From Eledone cirrhosa (Eukaryota), in contig OZ024745.1 in the NCBI GenBank assembly GCA_964016885.1, forward strand, positions 30,752,001 through 30,816,000: a stretch of DNA of 64,000 nucleotides. The letters run 5' to 3'. Of the stretch, positions 16,201 to 32,451 are shown piece by piece. Position numbers and translations under genes: made by a program. The notes beneath the pieces were generated by a model. That model was not told the origin of the DNA, did no database searches, and saw only the letters and a list, made by a program, of their open reading frames with translations. The stretch's first letter is position 1. The number at the start of each line of letters is the position of its first letter.

Positions 16201-16770
16201 ATAACAAAGTGCAGGGCAATAAAGATAGACGGTAGCCACGGAATAGGCAGACCTAGAAAAACCTGGGACGAGCTGATAAACTCCGACCTCACACACTTAC
16301 ACCTCTCCAAGACAATGTCACTGGACCGAGACCTTTGGCGGTACTCAGTAACAGAGAAGACCCGCCTTACCTAAATACATAGTAAAACCTACTACAGCCA
16401 GTAGGCATCTCTAACAAAATACACCTTGTCCCACCACCACCACCCCCACCCCATCCACACCACCCCGTTCTATGTAAAGTTATGTTGGTGCCGCGCCATC
16501 CAGGCCGAAACAAATGAGATCGTGTAGGTGTCAAGACAAAAAAACACACAGTCCACGCTGTAATGTGGCCGTGTAGGCAACACGGTAAAAACCTCCCAGA
16601 CCCACACTGTAAATGTGGTTGGTGTTAGGAAGGGCATCCAACTGTAGAAAACCTGCCAGACAGTCCTATGCGAGCAAGACAATCACTCTTGCCTCAAGTG
16701 GGACTACCCCCGTCCAAACCCATGCAAGCGTGGAACACGGACGTTAAACGTTGATGATGATGATGATGAT
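13284..16770 (+). mobile_element. Near full-length RTE-clade LINE (APE + RT + PHD finger, 3' UTR, (GAT)n tail)
   Basis: APE motifs, RT motifs and a 3' UTR ending GGACGTTAAACGTTGATGATGATG. The 5' boundary is uncertain. Confidence 0.92.
13321..16374 (+). pseudogene. RTE ORF (apurinic endonuclease plus reverse transcriptase) broken by one in-frame TGA at 14125-14127
   Basis: APE motifs: RVGTINVGTL, CIQETRW, ISAYAPQ, IAGDLNGHVG, QVDYIL, SQHRLI. RT motifs: [40 protein letters not shown]. The two track ORFs (13399-14127 and 14254-16374) are in the same frame, and RRKI*KLK is probably RRKIWKLK. Confidence 0.9.
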
Positions 16771-16986
16771 ATATACATATATATATATATACATATATAT
16801 ATATACATATATATATATATACATATATATATATACATATATATATATATACATATATATATATACATATATATATATATACATATATATATATACATAT
16901 ATATATATATACATATATATATATACATATATATATATATACATATATATATATACATATATATATATATACATATATATATATAC

Positions 16987-17045
<59 letters not shown>

Positions 17046-17193
17046 TATATACATATATATCTATACATATATATATACATATATATACATATATATCTAT
17101 ACATATATATATATACATATATATACATATATATACATATATATTCATATATATACATATATATATATATATACATATATATATACATATATG

Positions 17194-17225
<32 letters not shown>

Positions 17226-17585
17226 CATATACATACATATATATATACATATACATATATATATATATACATATATACATATATATATATATACATATAT
17301 ATATACATATATATACATATATATATATACACATATATACATATATACATATATATACATATATAGATATATATACATTTATACATATATAGATATATAT
17401 ACATTTATACATATATACATATATATACATTTATACATATATACATATATATACATTTATACATATATATACATATATACATTTATACATATATATACAT
17501 ATATACATTTATACATATATATACATATATACATATATATATACACATATATGTATGTATATATGTATATATGTATATATATATT

Positions 17586-17616
<31 letters not shown>

Positions 17617-17621
17617 ATATA

Positions 17622-17689
<68 letters not shown>

Positions 17690-17690
17690 A

Positions 17691-17741
<51 letters not shown>

Positions 17742-17747
17742 CATATT

Positions 17748-17815
<68 letters not shown>

Positions 17816-18000
17816 TATATATACATATATATATATATAAACATATATTTATATATATATATATACATATATTTATATATATATATATACATATATTTAT
17901 ATATATATATACATATATTTATATATATATATACATATATTTATATATATATATACATATATTTATATATATATATATACATATATTTATATATATATTT
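16771..18000. repeat. (AT)n/(ATAC)n array directly after the RTE tail
   Basis: Direct inspection. Confidence 0.97.
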
Positions 18001-18232
18001 AGAAACACACAGATACATGCGGACACACACATATATACATGAGTGCATCCGCACCCAACTGTGAGTTAAGGGTGCCAACTTCACCGATGTTGCTCAATGA
18101 ATGACTGGGACAGACCAATTCAGTTTGAACTAGACTGAACCAGTATCAGAGTTAAAAATACATTATGAAGAGAGAAGAAACATTTAGATATAATTAGTAA
18201 TAAAATGTATCATACCTAAACTGTTCCTAAAT

Positions 18233-18320
18233 TCCTCGACTACGTAGTTTCGTGGCATAAACAAAAACAATATATCAAAGATATAGAGTCCTTGCGAGGT
18301 CTGCCGACTTATCAAGAGGA
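18233..18320 (-). ncRNA. Type I hammerhead ribozyme, U3-A8 core variant (inverted copy)
   Basis: Reverse complement of 18947-19034. Confidence 0.75.
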
Positions 18321-18946
18321 TACCTCATTTTACTAGTCTCAAGAACGCGTCTACACGACGTGAGAAAGAATCCCAAAAGGCGGAGGGGGAGATAGTCACG
18401 CGATATAACGGTCGAGAAACAGAGCTAAGCCTCTTATAACCACGAAGAAAATACCACGGAGGCGGAGGGGGTATTCATATCGAGGCCGCAGAAGAGGTAG
18501 TGAAGAAGGCGAGAAGTATGAGTAATGGAAGCTTTCCAGTTGTCCCCACACTTCAAAGATTGCTCGACCAGAGGGAGTTATTAATATATTTAGAAACACA
18601 CAGATACATGCGGACACACACATATATACATGAGTGCATCCGCACCCAACTGTGAGTTAAGGGTGCCAACTTCACCGATGTTGCTCAATGAATGACTGGG
18701 ACAGACCAATTCAGTTTGAACTAGACTGAACCAGTATCAGAGTTAAAAATACATTATGAAGAGAGAAGAAACATTCTGCGGCCTCGATATGAATACCCCC
18801 TCCGCCTCCGTGGTATTTTCTTCGTGGTTATAAGAGGCTTAGCTCTGTTTCTCGACCGTTATATCGCGTGACTATCTCCACCTCCGCCTTTTGGGATTCT
18901 TTCTCACGTCGTGTAGACGCGTTCTTGAGACTAGTAAAATGAGGTA

Positions 18947-19034
18947 TCCTCTTGATAAGTCGGCAGACCTCGCAAGGACTCTATATCTTTGATATATTGT
19001 TTTTGTTTATGCCACGAAACTACGTAGTCGAGGA
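18947..19034 (+). ncRNA. Type I hammerhead ribozyme, U3-A8 core variant
   Basis: TCCTC-TTGATAA-GT(c)GGCA...TGCCAC-GAAA-CTACGTA-GTC-GAGGA. Stem I is 5 bp, stem III is the perfect palindrome ACTACGTAGT, and the triplet is GUC. Confidence 0.75.
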
Positions 19035-19230
19035 ATTTAGGAACAGTTTAGGTATGATACATTTTATTACTAATTATATCTAAATGTTTCTTCTCTCTTC
19101 ATAATGTATATTTATATATATATATATACATATATTTATATATATATATATATACATATATTTATATTTATATATATATATATATATACATATATTTATA
19201 TTTATATATATATATATATATACATATATT

Positions 19231-19262
<32 letters not shown>

Positions 19263-19318
19263 TATATTTACATATATATATACACATATATATATTTACA
19301 TATATATATATGTATATA

Positions 19319-19416
<98 letters not shown>

Positions 19417-19460
19417 TATATATATATATATATATATGCATATATATATATATATATATA

Positions 19461-19514
<54 letters not shown>

Positions 19515-19522
19515 TATATATT

Positions 19523-19554
<32 letters not shown>

Positions 19555-19637
19555 TATATATACATATATATATGTATATATATATGCATATATATTTATA
19601 TATATGTATATGTAAGTATGTTTTGAAACAGTGAGCG

Positions 19638-19775
<138 letters not shown>

Positions 19776-19810
19776 TATATATATATAAAAATATATATAT
19801 ATAAAAATAT

Positions 19811-20074
19811 ATATGCATATATATATATATATATTAGAAAATATATAGCTTTCACCGTATTTTTGACTAAAGGAATTTTAGCTTGATAACGGGGTTTAGA
19901 ACCCTCAGATAAATCAGATAAATGGAAAAAGATGAGTATTGACGTCAATACTCATCTTTTTCCATTTATCTGATTTATCTGAGGGTTCTAAACCCCGTTA
20001 TCAAGCTAAAATTCCTTTAGTCAAAAATACGGTGAAAGCTATATATTTTCTAATATATATATATATATGCATAT
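19811..20074. repeat. Perfect spacer-less palindrome with about 110 bp unique arms, centred on GACGTC (19941-19946)
   Basis: The arms read as exact reverse complements out to the flanking (AT)n. Confidence 0.9.
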
Positions 20075-20691
20075 ATAAAAACAAATAACGAAACGAAATT
20101 AAATTTCGTTTCGTTTGTAACTCACTTTTGTATGACTGACGCTTAAACAATTAAGTTAAAAATGTACATCCACATATGTATACTGAAATACTAGTATGCA
20201 TATGAATACACACACGTGTACATATGTAGATGTACCGAGTTTTTCACTGGTCACTTTACTGTGAGTGTCCAGCTATTCTGTATGTAAACACACAGACAAA
20301 CCGGTTTTTAGAGTCATACTGGTTTTCGAGGAAACACCTTTCCTCTATTCTCCAGAAAGCCAGACAAGGAATATTGGACTAGTTTCGATGTTGTTACATC
20401 TCATCAGCAATATTTACCTATCCTCCGGCCTTTCTAGAGAATCGTAAAAGCACATATCGTTCTATGCTTTTTCTATGAAAATTAGTAGTGGGCAGACTAA
20501 TTTGCATAGAGCGTGAGTACGTACCGGTTCAACGGAGACGATAAAAACAAATAACGAAACGAAATTAAATTTCGTTTCGTTTGTAACTCACTTTTGTATG
20601 ACTGACGCTTAAACAATTAAGTTAAAAATGTACATCCACATATGTATACTGACATACTAGTATGCATATGAATACACACACGTGTACATAT
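20075..20691 (-). mobile_element. Retrozyme-like non-autonomous element: 466 bp monomer plus 151 bp terminal redundancy, one HHR
   Basis: 20075-20225 matches 20541-20691 with one mismatch seen. The HHR lies at 20370-20414(-). Homologous to 29858-30190 and 50949-51610. Confidence 0.7.
20370..20414 (-). ncRNA. Canonical minimal type I hammerhead ribozyme
   Basis: Minus strand reads AATATTG-CTGATGA-GATGT aaca ACATC-GAAA-CTAG-TC-CAATATT. Stem I is 7 bp, stem II is 5 bp, stem III is palindromic ACTAGT, and all core bases are intact. Confidence 0.9.
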
Positions 20692-21561
20692 TTACATAAC
20701 ACCAAACACATATTGAACTAGGAATATTGGATCCTCGGTCAATGTCCGGGTGAGCAAAAATTGACTTCTATCTGCATTGGAATTTACAAACTTGTGCATC
20801 TGCTGTGGTGTCAAAAACAAACGCACATGACCGCACAGATAAACAATGGACCATGCCACGTGGCTTGAACCCGTAAGTGAATTGAAGGTTCTGAAACTCT
20901 GATACACATATTGTTTATTATTTATTATTAAGATATATAAACCGGACACAACAGTTATCATCCTATATTCTCTCAACGAATCACACTTGATCATATTTCT
21001 CTATCCTGTTTTCTCCCCCCATAATTATTATATTTTTATTATTTTGTATTATTGTTTGAAAAAAATCGTTTTTTATACATTGTGTTTTCCCCTCCAAACA
21101 TTCGCTTATATATTCTCTATATATTTTTTATCTTTATTATTATTTCCACTTTTATCCTCCTTTATATTTTACCTTATTCTTACCTTTATACCTTATTATA
21201 GTGTAATCTTCCCCATGCCTTATTATACACTATTAATTATAGATTATTATTATTACTCTTTTTCCATTTCTAATTACCTCATGTACCTTCTCCTCCGCTA
21301 TATGTGTATATGTATTCTACGCCCTTTGTGTTTGTGTAGCCTCTGCGCACCCTCTGCACCATACTATCCACGCCACCCCATCTATGGTTCAGCTAACCAC
21401 CCGACCCCCGATGACCGCAGCTAGTAAACAAGGACCAACACCCCACCCTCCCGCACCAAAATTAGACTTATCGTCCCCTACTTTTGCTCTTTACTCTCTT
21501 TACTCTTTGTTCTTGGGTGTTTGGTTGGCAGAGTCCATAACACCAATCAAACCCCTTTTAT

Positions 21562-21610
21562 AGCTCTGATGAATCCTACGGTTACACGTAAGGAAGAAAC
21601 ATTGTTAGCC
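21562..21610 (+). ncRNA. Minimal type I hammerhead motif in a PLE-like 3' region
   Basis: aGCT-CTGATGA-aTCCTACG gttaca CGTaAGGAa-GAAA-C att G-TT-AGCc. Confidence 0.6.
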
Positions 21611-21894
21611 AATAAAAATCTTTTGATGTTGTAGACGCTCTTGTGTTCTTTTTCATATATATATATATATACTTATATATATATATTTATATATATATAT
21701 ATATATACTTATATATATATATTTATTGTTGGCTAATAAAGACGTTTGATGTATTGAAGGCTTCTTGGGTTTATTTTCATAATTCTTCGGCTCTGTTTAA
21801 TTACATTGAGCTATACCTTTACTGTCATTTCTATAATACGAAGAGGGTGTTTAACTCCAACACACTCTAGTATTTCAATTCTTATATATATATT

Positions 21895-21945
<51 letters not shown>

Positions 21946-22055
21946 GTATATATATTTATATATATATACATATATTTATATATATATATATATACACACA
22001 TGTATATATTTATATATATATATATACACACATGTATATATATATATATATACAC

Positions 22056-22101
<46 letters not shown>

Positions 22102-22329
22102 GTATATATATATTTATATATATATTTATATATATGTATATATATATACATATATATATATACATATACATATATATGTATATACATATATATATATATG
22201 TATACATATATATATATGTATATATGTATATATATAATTATATATATATTTATATATGTATATATCTATTTATATATATATATATATATATGTATATATC
22301 TATTTATATATATATACATATATATATAC

Positions 22330-22396
<67 letters not shown>

Positions 22397-22397
22397 C

Positions 22398-22448
<51 letters not shown>

Positions 22449-22450
22449 CA

Positions 22451-24445
22451 TCATCATCATCATCATCATCATCACCGTTTTACGTCCGTTCTTCCACGCT
22501 AGCATGGGTTAGACGGGTTGTCCTGTTGTGGGCAGTGTCTGGTCGGCTGACCATGCCTTGCTCATACAGGAACTGATCTGGCTTGATTTCTACAGCTGGA
22601 TGCCCTTCCTAACACCAACCTCATTTACAGTGAGTGCTGGGTGCTTTTTCGTGGCGCCTACACGTCCACTTTACAGTGTGGGCTGGGTGCTTTTTCGTGG
22701 CGCCTACACGTCCACTTTACAGTGTGGGCTGGGTGCTTTTTTGCCGTGGCACCTCCACGACCACCTTGCGGTGGGGGGGGGGCATATTGTTTATATGCTT
22801 CAGCATGTACCCATGGGAGGTCGGGTACCCTGTATTACTGCGTGACGCCAGAAGTCACGGTCGTGTGTCATTGACTTTGAGAGGTGTAGTTGGGTAAGGT
22901 CGGCTTTTATCACCTCATCCCAAGTCATCTTGGGTCTCCCCACTCCGCGGTTTCCATCAACTTCTAGTGCTCTGCACCTTTTTATGCAGCTGTCATCCTT
23001 CATACGCATCACATGTCCATACCAGCGTAACCGCCTCTCCTGCACGCAGCATTTGATTCCTCTTATGCTCAGTCTCTCTCTCAATTCATTTATGCTTTGT
23101 CGTTCACGTATATTACTGTTACACATCCATCGGAGCATGCAGGCTTCGTTTCTCTCTAATCTACGTAAGTCTTCCACCTTCAGCGCCCAGGTCTCACTAC
23201 CATGCAACATCGCTGTTCGGATACACGCATCATACAGTCTGCCTTTCATTCTGAGGGAGAAGCCTTTTGCAGCTAGCAGTGGTAGTAGTTCCCTAAACTT
23301 CTTCCATCCCGTTCTTACCCTAGTTATTGTACTTTCTGAGCACCCACCTCCGTTGCTAATTCGGTCACCTAGGTAGCAGAAGCTGTCTACTGTTTCTACA
23401 GGGCCCTCCCAGAGATTGGTGGTACTTGTTTCCTGTGGCTGTTTGCTTGCTGTTTCAGCACAGCTGCTGCATGTGAATCCTACATTCTTAATTAAGCTTC
23501 CTGAGATCCCGCTACATCTCTTGTGTACCCATTGTTTGCATTTGGGGCAAAGAATGGAGTTCCTACCTACACCTTTCCTACATACTGAGCAAGGCCATTT
23601 CCCTGAGGGGATCTGGGTTCTGTTTTCTCGTCTACTTATAAGGACCTTAGTCTTTGTCATGTTGACTTTGAGGCCCTTTCTCTCTAGTCCCTGCTTCCAG
23701 GTTTGGAATTTATTCTCTAGTTCTACCATAGATTCAGCTATGAGTGCGAGGTCATCAGCATACAGGAGTTCCCATGGGCATCCGGTCTTAAACTCCTCCG
23801 TTATTGCCTGCAGGACTATGATGAACAGGAGAGGGCTAAGAACAGAGCCCTGGTGGACCCCAACCTGTACGCTAAATTCCTCGCTATACTCATTGCCAAT
23901 CCTAACTTTGCTGACTGCTCCCCTATACATGGCTTGTACCGCTTTCACAAGCCATTCATCTACTCCTAGTTTTCTAAGAGCCCACCAGATTACTGCACGT
24001 GGAACTCTGTCAAAGGCTTTCTCAAGGTCGACAAATGCCAAGTAGAGTGGCTTACTTTTAGCTAGGTACTTTTCCTGTAATTGCCTCACAAGGAAGAGCG
24101 CATCAGTGGTGCCTTTCCCTGGAACAAAACCAAATTGCATCTCGTCTATATTCACCCGGTCCCTAATCAGCTGTGCTATAACTCTTTCTGTTACTTTCAT
24201 GACCTGGTCCATCAACTTTATACCTCTATAGTTTCCTCTATCTAGTGCATCGCCTTTACCTTTGTAGCAGTTGACAATGATGCTACTGCACCAATCTTTT
24301 GGTATGGCCCCCTCTAGTATTACCTGGTTAACGATACGTGTGGTTATAGTGTGACCTACAGACCCAGATGCCTTCAGCATCTCGGCAGCTATACCCGATG
24401 GACCGGTTGCCTTCCCTATCTTCATATCTCTGATTGCCTTACTGA
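22451..24445 (-). mobile_element. 5'-truncated RTE LINE (RT + PHD, 3' UTR, (GAT)n tail)
   Basis: (CAT)n at about 22449-22475 on the plus strand, open RT frame, and a 3' UTR with duplicated 39 bp units. Confidence 0.92.
22800..24425 (-). CDS. Uninterrupted RTE reverse transcriptase frame (541 aa, no APE because of 5' truncation)
   Basis: [29 protein letters not shown] and PHD CSVC...CPKC..WVHKRC...CSSC. Confidence 0.8.
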   Translation of the reverse strand: MKIGKATGPSGIAAEMLKASGSVGHTITTRIVNQVILEGAIPKDWCSSIIVNCYKGKGDALDRGNYRGIKLMDQVMKVTERVIAQLIRDRVNIDEMQFGFVPGKGTTDALFLVRQLQEKYLAKSKPLYLAFVDLEKAFDRVPRAVIWWALRKLGVDEWLVKAVQAMYRGAVSKVRIGNEYSEEFSVQVGVHQGSVLSPLLFIIVLQAITEEFKTGCPWELLYADDLALIAESMVELENKFQTWKQGLERKGLKVNMTKTKVLISRRENRTQIPSGKWPCSVCRKGVGRNSILCPKCKQWVHKRCSGISGSLIKNVGFTCSSCAETASKQPQETSTTNLWEGPVETVDSFCYLGDRISNGGGCSESTITRVRTGWKKFRELLPLLAAKGFSLRMKGRLYDACIRTAMLHGSETWALKVEDLRRLERNEACMLRWMCNSNIRERQSINELRERLSIRGIKCCVQERRLRWYGHVMRMKDDSCIKRCRALEVDGNRGVGRPKMTWDEVIKADLTQLHLSKSMTHDRDFWRHAVIQGTRPPMGTC

Positions 24446-24469
24446 TTGCCTACATATATCTGATTGCCT

Positions 24470-27975
<3,506 letters not shown>

Positions 27976-28245
27976 AATTGAAATACTAGAGTGTGTTGGA
28001 GTTAAACACCCTCTTCGTATTATAGAAATGACAGTAAAGGTATAGCTCAATGTAATTAAACAGAGCCGAAGAATTATGAAAATAAACCAAAGAAGCCTTC
28101 AATACATCAAACGTCTTTATTAGCCAACAATAAATATATATATATAAGTATATATATATATATATATAAATATATATATATAAGTATATATATATATATA
28201 TGAAAAAGAACACAAGAGCGTCTACAACATCAAAAGATTTTTATT

Positions 28246-28294
28246 GGCTAACAATGTTTCTTCCTTACGTGTAACCGTAGGATTCATCAGAGCT
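28246..28294 (-). ncRNA. Hammerhead motif (mirror of 21562-21610)
   Basis: Exact reverse complement within the inverted duplication. Confidence 0.6.
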
Positions 28295-29096
28295 ATAAAA
28301 GGGGTTTGATTGGTGTTATGGACTCTACCAACCAAACACCCAAGAACAAAGAGTAAAGAGAGTAAAGAGCAAAAGTAGGGGACGATAAGTCTAATTTTGG
28401 TGCGGGAGGGTGGGTTGTTGGTCCTTGTTTACTAGCTGCGGTCATCGGGGGACGGGTGGTTAGCTGAACCATAGATGGGGTGGCGTGGATAGTATGGTGC
28501 AGAGGGTGCGCAGAGGCTACACAAACACAAAGGGCGTAGAATACATATACACATATAGCGGAGGAGAAGGTACATGAGGTAATTAGAAATGGAAAAAGAG
28601 TAATAATAATAATCTATAATTAATAGTGTATAATAAGGCATGGGGAAGATTACACTATAATAAGGTATAAAGGTAAGAATAAGGTAAAATATAAAGGAGG
28701 ATAAAAGTGGAAATAATAATAAAGATAAAAATATATAGAGAATATATAAGGAAATATAAGCGAATATTTGGAGGGGAAAACACAATGTATAAAAAACGAT
28801 TTTTTTCAAACAATAATACAAAATAATAAAAATATAATAATTATGGGGGGAGAAAACAGGATAGAGAAATATGATCAAGTGTGATTCGTTGAGAGAATAT
28901 AGGATGATAACAGTTGTGTCCGGTTTATACATCTTAATAATAAATAATAAACAATATGTGTATCAGAGTTTCAGAACCTTCAATTCACTTACGGGTTCAA
29001 GCCACGTGGCATGGTCCATTGTTTATCTGTGCGGTCATGTGCGTTTGTTTTTGACACCACAGCAGATGCACAAGTTTGTAAATTCCAATGCAGATA

Positions 29097-29848
29097 GTTT
29101 TGCGAGGTTTTTGATATGAAATCGTGTGTCGAAACAAATATTGTTATACTTGGGGAGGGTCATATTTGTGTAATATTGCCAGAATTAATAACAGAACACA
29201 CTCACTGTTTGGTTGGTTTTCGCTTTTCGCTTCTGTGTCTTTTATATCGGTAATCTTATTTATTCGGTCCTCAATGTTGCCATTGACTGATCAACGGTCA
29301 AAAATAATACAGATACAATATAGACACAAACACATAGTTTATCAAAGTTCTTTCGTTGCACATCTGCAACATCGTCAGTGGTGCTATTGTTTCCTCCCGT
29401 TACATTGTATTTTCTATGCCATCTTTATTTAGTCTGTTTATATATTTATTTATTTGTTTATTTTATTTTGTCTTCTTTGCGCATGCGTTTGCGTGTGTGT
29501 ATAGTGTTTTGAACACACATCATACAAAACACTATACACACTATACACACAATAAAGATGGCATAGAAAATACAATGTCACGGGAGGAAACAATAGCACC
29601 ACTGACGATGTTGCAGATGTGCAACGAAAGAACTTTGATAAACTATATATATGTGTTTATGTCTATATTGTATCCGTATTATTTTTGACCGTTGGTCAGT
29701 CAATGGCAACATTGAGGACCGAATAAATTAGATTACCGATATAAAAGACACAGAAGCGAAAAGCGAAAACCAACCAAACAGTGAGTGTGTTCTGTTATTA
29801 ATTCTGGCAATATTACACAAATATGACCCTCCCCAAGTATAACAATAT
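29097..29848. mobile_element. PLE pseudo-LTR foldback with two divergent HHRs (29341-29382 minus, 29598-29640 plus)
   Basis: About 29138-29430 is inverted at about 29551-29848. The sequence is the same family as 385-930, which adjoins the GIY-YIG remnant, and 34808-35075. HHR reads CTGACGA-t-GTTGCA gatg TGCAAC-GAAA-G aa C-TT. Confidence 0.75.
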
Positions 29849-29857
29849 ATGCATATA

Positions 29858-30190
29858 TATATGCAAATTAGGCTGCTCAGCCGTTAATTTTCATAAGGAA
29901 AGTATATACTTTCGGACGTTCAACCATCTGGCAGAAAGGTATACGGTGCTGACGATAGCTAATAAGCTTGAAACTAGTACATCGTTCCTGTGTCAGTGTT
30001 GAACAAAAAGGTGACGTGGTTGCCTAAACACTGTACGGCGTAATTCAGGCTGTTTGCTTGTTTACAAACGAACACACCGAGCATTATAATAAATGTTCGG
30101 TAAACTGATACGTGCATATATATATATATGTGTGCCTGTATGTATATATATACATGCTACTGTACGTCTGTATACATATATGTATGTACG
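29858..30190 (+). mobile_element. Partial retrozyme-like monomer with HHR at 29943-29985
   Basis: ACGGTG-CTGACGA-tAGCT aata AGCTt-GAAA-CTAG-TA-CATCGT. Reverse-complement homologue of about 51010-51340. Confidence 0.75.
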
Positions 30191-30228
30191 TATACATACA
30201 TACTTACATTTATATATTTATATATATA

Positions 30229-30289
<61 letters not shown>

Positions 30290-30295
<6 letters not shown>

Positions 30296-30432
30296 ACTAG
30301 AAATTGATTAACATATAAATAAACATGGATAATCACAGGAGATAATTTTTACAACTGTGTTGCACACTTGTAAAAATTATCTCCTGTGATTATCCATGTT
30401 TATTTATATGTTAATCAGTTTCTAGTTATTAT
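30290..30432. repeat. Near-perfect 143 bp hairpin/palindrome next to (AT)n
   Basis: ATAATAACTAGAAATTGATTAACATATAAATAAACATGG... mirrored by ...CCATGTTTATTTATATGTTAATCAGTTTCTAGTTATTAT. Confidence 0.85.
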
Positions 30433-30716
30433 AAAATGCTCGGACCTATTCGTTAGAATCTTAGAGCTTATTTTGCGGGTGATATGGCGCATGTCTTTCT
30501 GGCATGACACCCAAAATTTTGATTTAGATTAAATTCATTTTGATTTATCTTAATTTTGGATATATATATATATATAGAGAGAGATAAATCTACCAAAAAT
30601 TTACGGTAGTGTCCAATCCGTATGAAGAACTCAATGTAATCCGGATATCATGAAAAGAGAAGATGCATTCAAAAACTATTTTCGGTGAAAATTAACGGAA
30701 AACAGAGTCAAGATAA

Positions 30717-31093
30717 ATTAATAAAGTAATGAATAAACAAAGAAACAGTTCCTTATATTAAAAAAATTCATCATTTTACGATCGTTTCTAGGATATATAT
30801 GTGTTAGTGTTTGTATGCATATTCTATAGATCTATGTAAAATATTATACAAACTATCAGAGGGAATATACATACCTACACATATATATGCTGTCTTCAGA
30901 AAAAAAAATTTCTGAAGACAGCATATATATGTGTAGGTATGTATATTCCCTCTGATAGTTTGTATAATATTTTACATAGATCTATAGAATATGCATACAA
31001 ACACTAACACATATATATCCTAGAAACGATCGTAAAATGATGAATTTTTTAATATAAGGAACTGTTTCTTTGTTTATTCATTACTTTATTAAT
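30717..31093. mobile_element. Foldback of an HHR-bearing unit (HHRs at 30775-30902 minus and 30909-31037 plus, long stem II)
   Basis: TTT-CTGAAGA-[about 104 nt, ATATATATGTGT/ACACATATATAT helix]-GAAA-CGATC-GTA-AAA, with palindromic ACGATCGT. Arms of about 185 bp are nearly perfect reverse complements. Confidence 0.7.
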
Positions 31094-31254
31094 ATATATA
31101 TATATATATATATATGTATTCAGACCTAATGACAATATAGTAATTTAAGTATACACCTGCAGAATGTAAGAATTTTATCCTAGATACAGAACTATCGTTA
31201 AATGTAGGTTGAATTTTTTATGTCTAACATCCAGTGTTCATTGATCAATGATAT

Positions 31255-31580
31255 AGTTTGAAGCAACAAGAATAACAAGAATAGTAACAAGGATAATAAC
31301 AATAACAACACTATTACCAGCAACACTGCTACCAACAATGGCAACACCACCAACATCTGCACTAATACCAACAAACATCAACAGCACCACCAATAACACT
31401 ACCCCTACCATCAATAACAGCAGCACCAATACCAACAACAACAGCACTGTCACCACTAACAACAACACCACCACTACCAACAACAACACTGTCATCACCA
31501 ACTGAAGCAGTACCACCACTACCAACAACAACAGCACCACCACCAACAGAAATAGCACTAATAACAGCAACAACAACAAG
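31255..31580. repeat. (AAC/CAC)n degenerate trinucleotide repeat
   Basis: Direct inspection. Confidence 0.85.
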
Positions 31581-32451
31581 TTATCATACTTTCAAGCCCT
31601 ACTTTCTATCTTTACCTATTCCCAGTACAGTCTGTAATGTGGAAGGCAATACAATCAAGAAATTATAGGTAGAGAGGACTCTTCAGTCTAGCCAAATATG
31701 TAGACATCGCTCGTGCTTGTAGCATGATAAAATACACATAGTACACTCTGTAATGTGGCTGTTCGTCAAATAGAGACAATATAGAGTGTGGAAGGCTGTG
31801 TTTCCTCTCTGCCTTGACCTCAACTTTATAAGGCTGTAAGCAAAAAGTCATTGATAAGGTCACAGGATGTGTGATGAAAATGATTTGGCAGTAAAATAAT
31901 TAGCTGATTAACCAACTAATGGATGAAGTAATTACATGATTAATAATCATTTCTAATTCAGGTTGAAGGCCAGGAGCAGGAGAAAATTGATAAAATCGAC
32001 CAAGTACTTGATTGGTACATTATTTTATCAACACCAGAAGAATGAAAGGCAAATGTGACCTCAGCGGGATTTGAATTCAAAATGTAAAGAGCCATCACTA
32101 AATGGTGTAAATCATTTTGTCTGAATCTCTGTCACTACTGCCAATCCACTACGCTAGATTACCTGATTAATAATAAATATTAAAGTAAAATTTAACTGGT
32201 GCATGTGTTTTAATTGGCAGCATGACCTTCCCAAAATACAACATATATCATCATCATCATCATTTAATGTCCGTTTTCCCTGCTGGCAAACGCGTAGCAG
32301 TATTTGTTCAGGTTATGTTCTGAGTTCAAATTCCAGGATCGAAAAAATAAAGAGCCAGTTAATTACTGTGATCGATATAATCGACGTTCCCCTTCCTCCC
32401 TCCAAATTGCTGGCCTTATGTCTAAATTAGAAATTATTATTATATATAATT

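Larger units (their letters stand above)
17994..19109. mobile_element. Non-coding HHR-bearing element: 591 bp-period partial tandem plus inverted copy
   Basis: 17994-18184 recurs at 18585-18775, and 18159-18493 is inverted at 18774-19109. HHRs lie at 18233-18320(-) and 18947-19034(+). (AT)n arrays flank both sides. Confidence 0.75.

Noticed and set aside
19975-20045. Hammerhead in the perfect palindrome (CTGAGGG...GAAAGCTA, or TTGATAA...GAAA)
   Set aside because: The core deviates and stems I and III cannot be paired convincingly.
22930-24045. Antisense ORFs over the RTE (also at 15369-16310, 51624-52151 and 58832-59161)
   Set aside because: These are shadow frames of real coding sequence with no independent motifs.
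31238-31579. Leu/Val-rich membrane protein ORF
   Set aside because: It is the antisense reading of an (AAC/CAC)n repeat.
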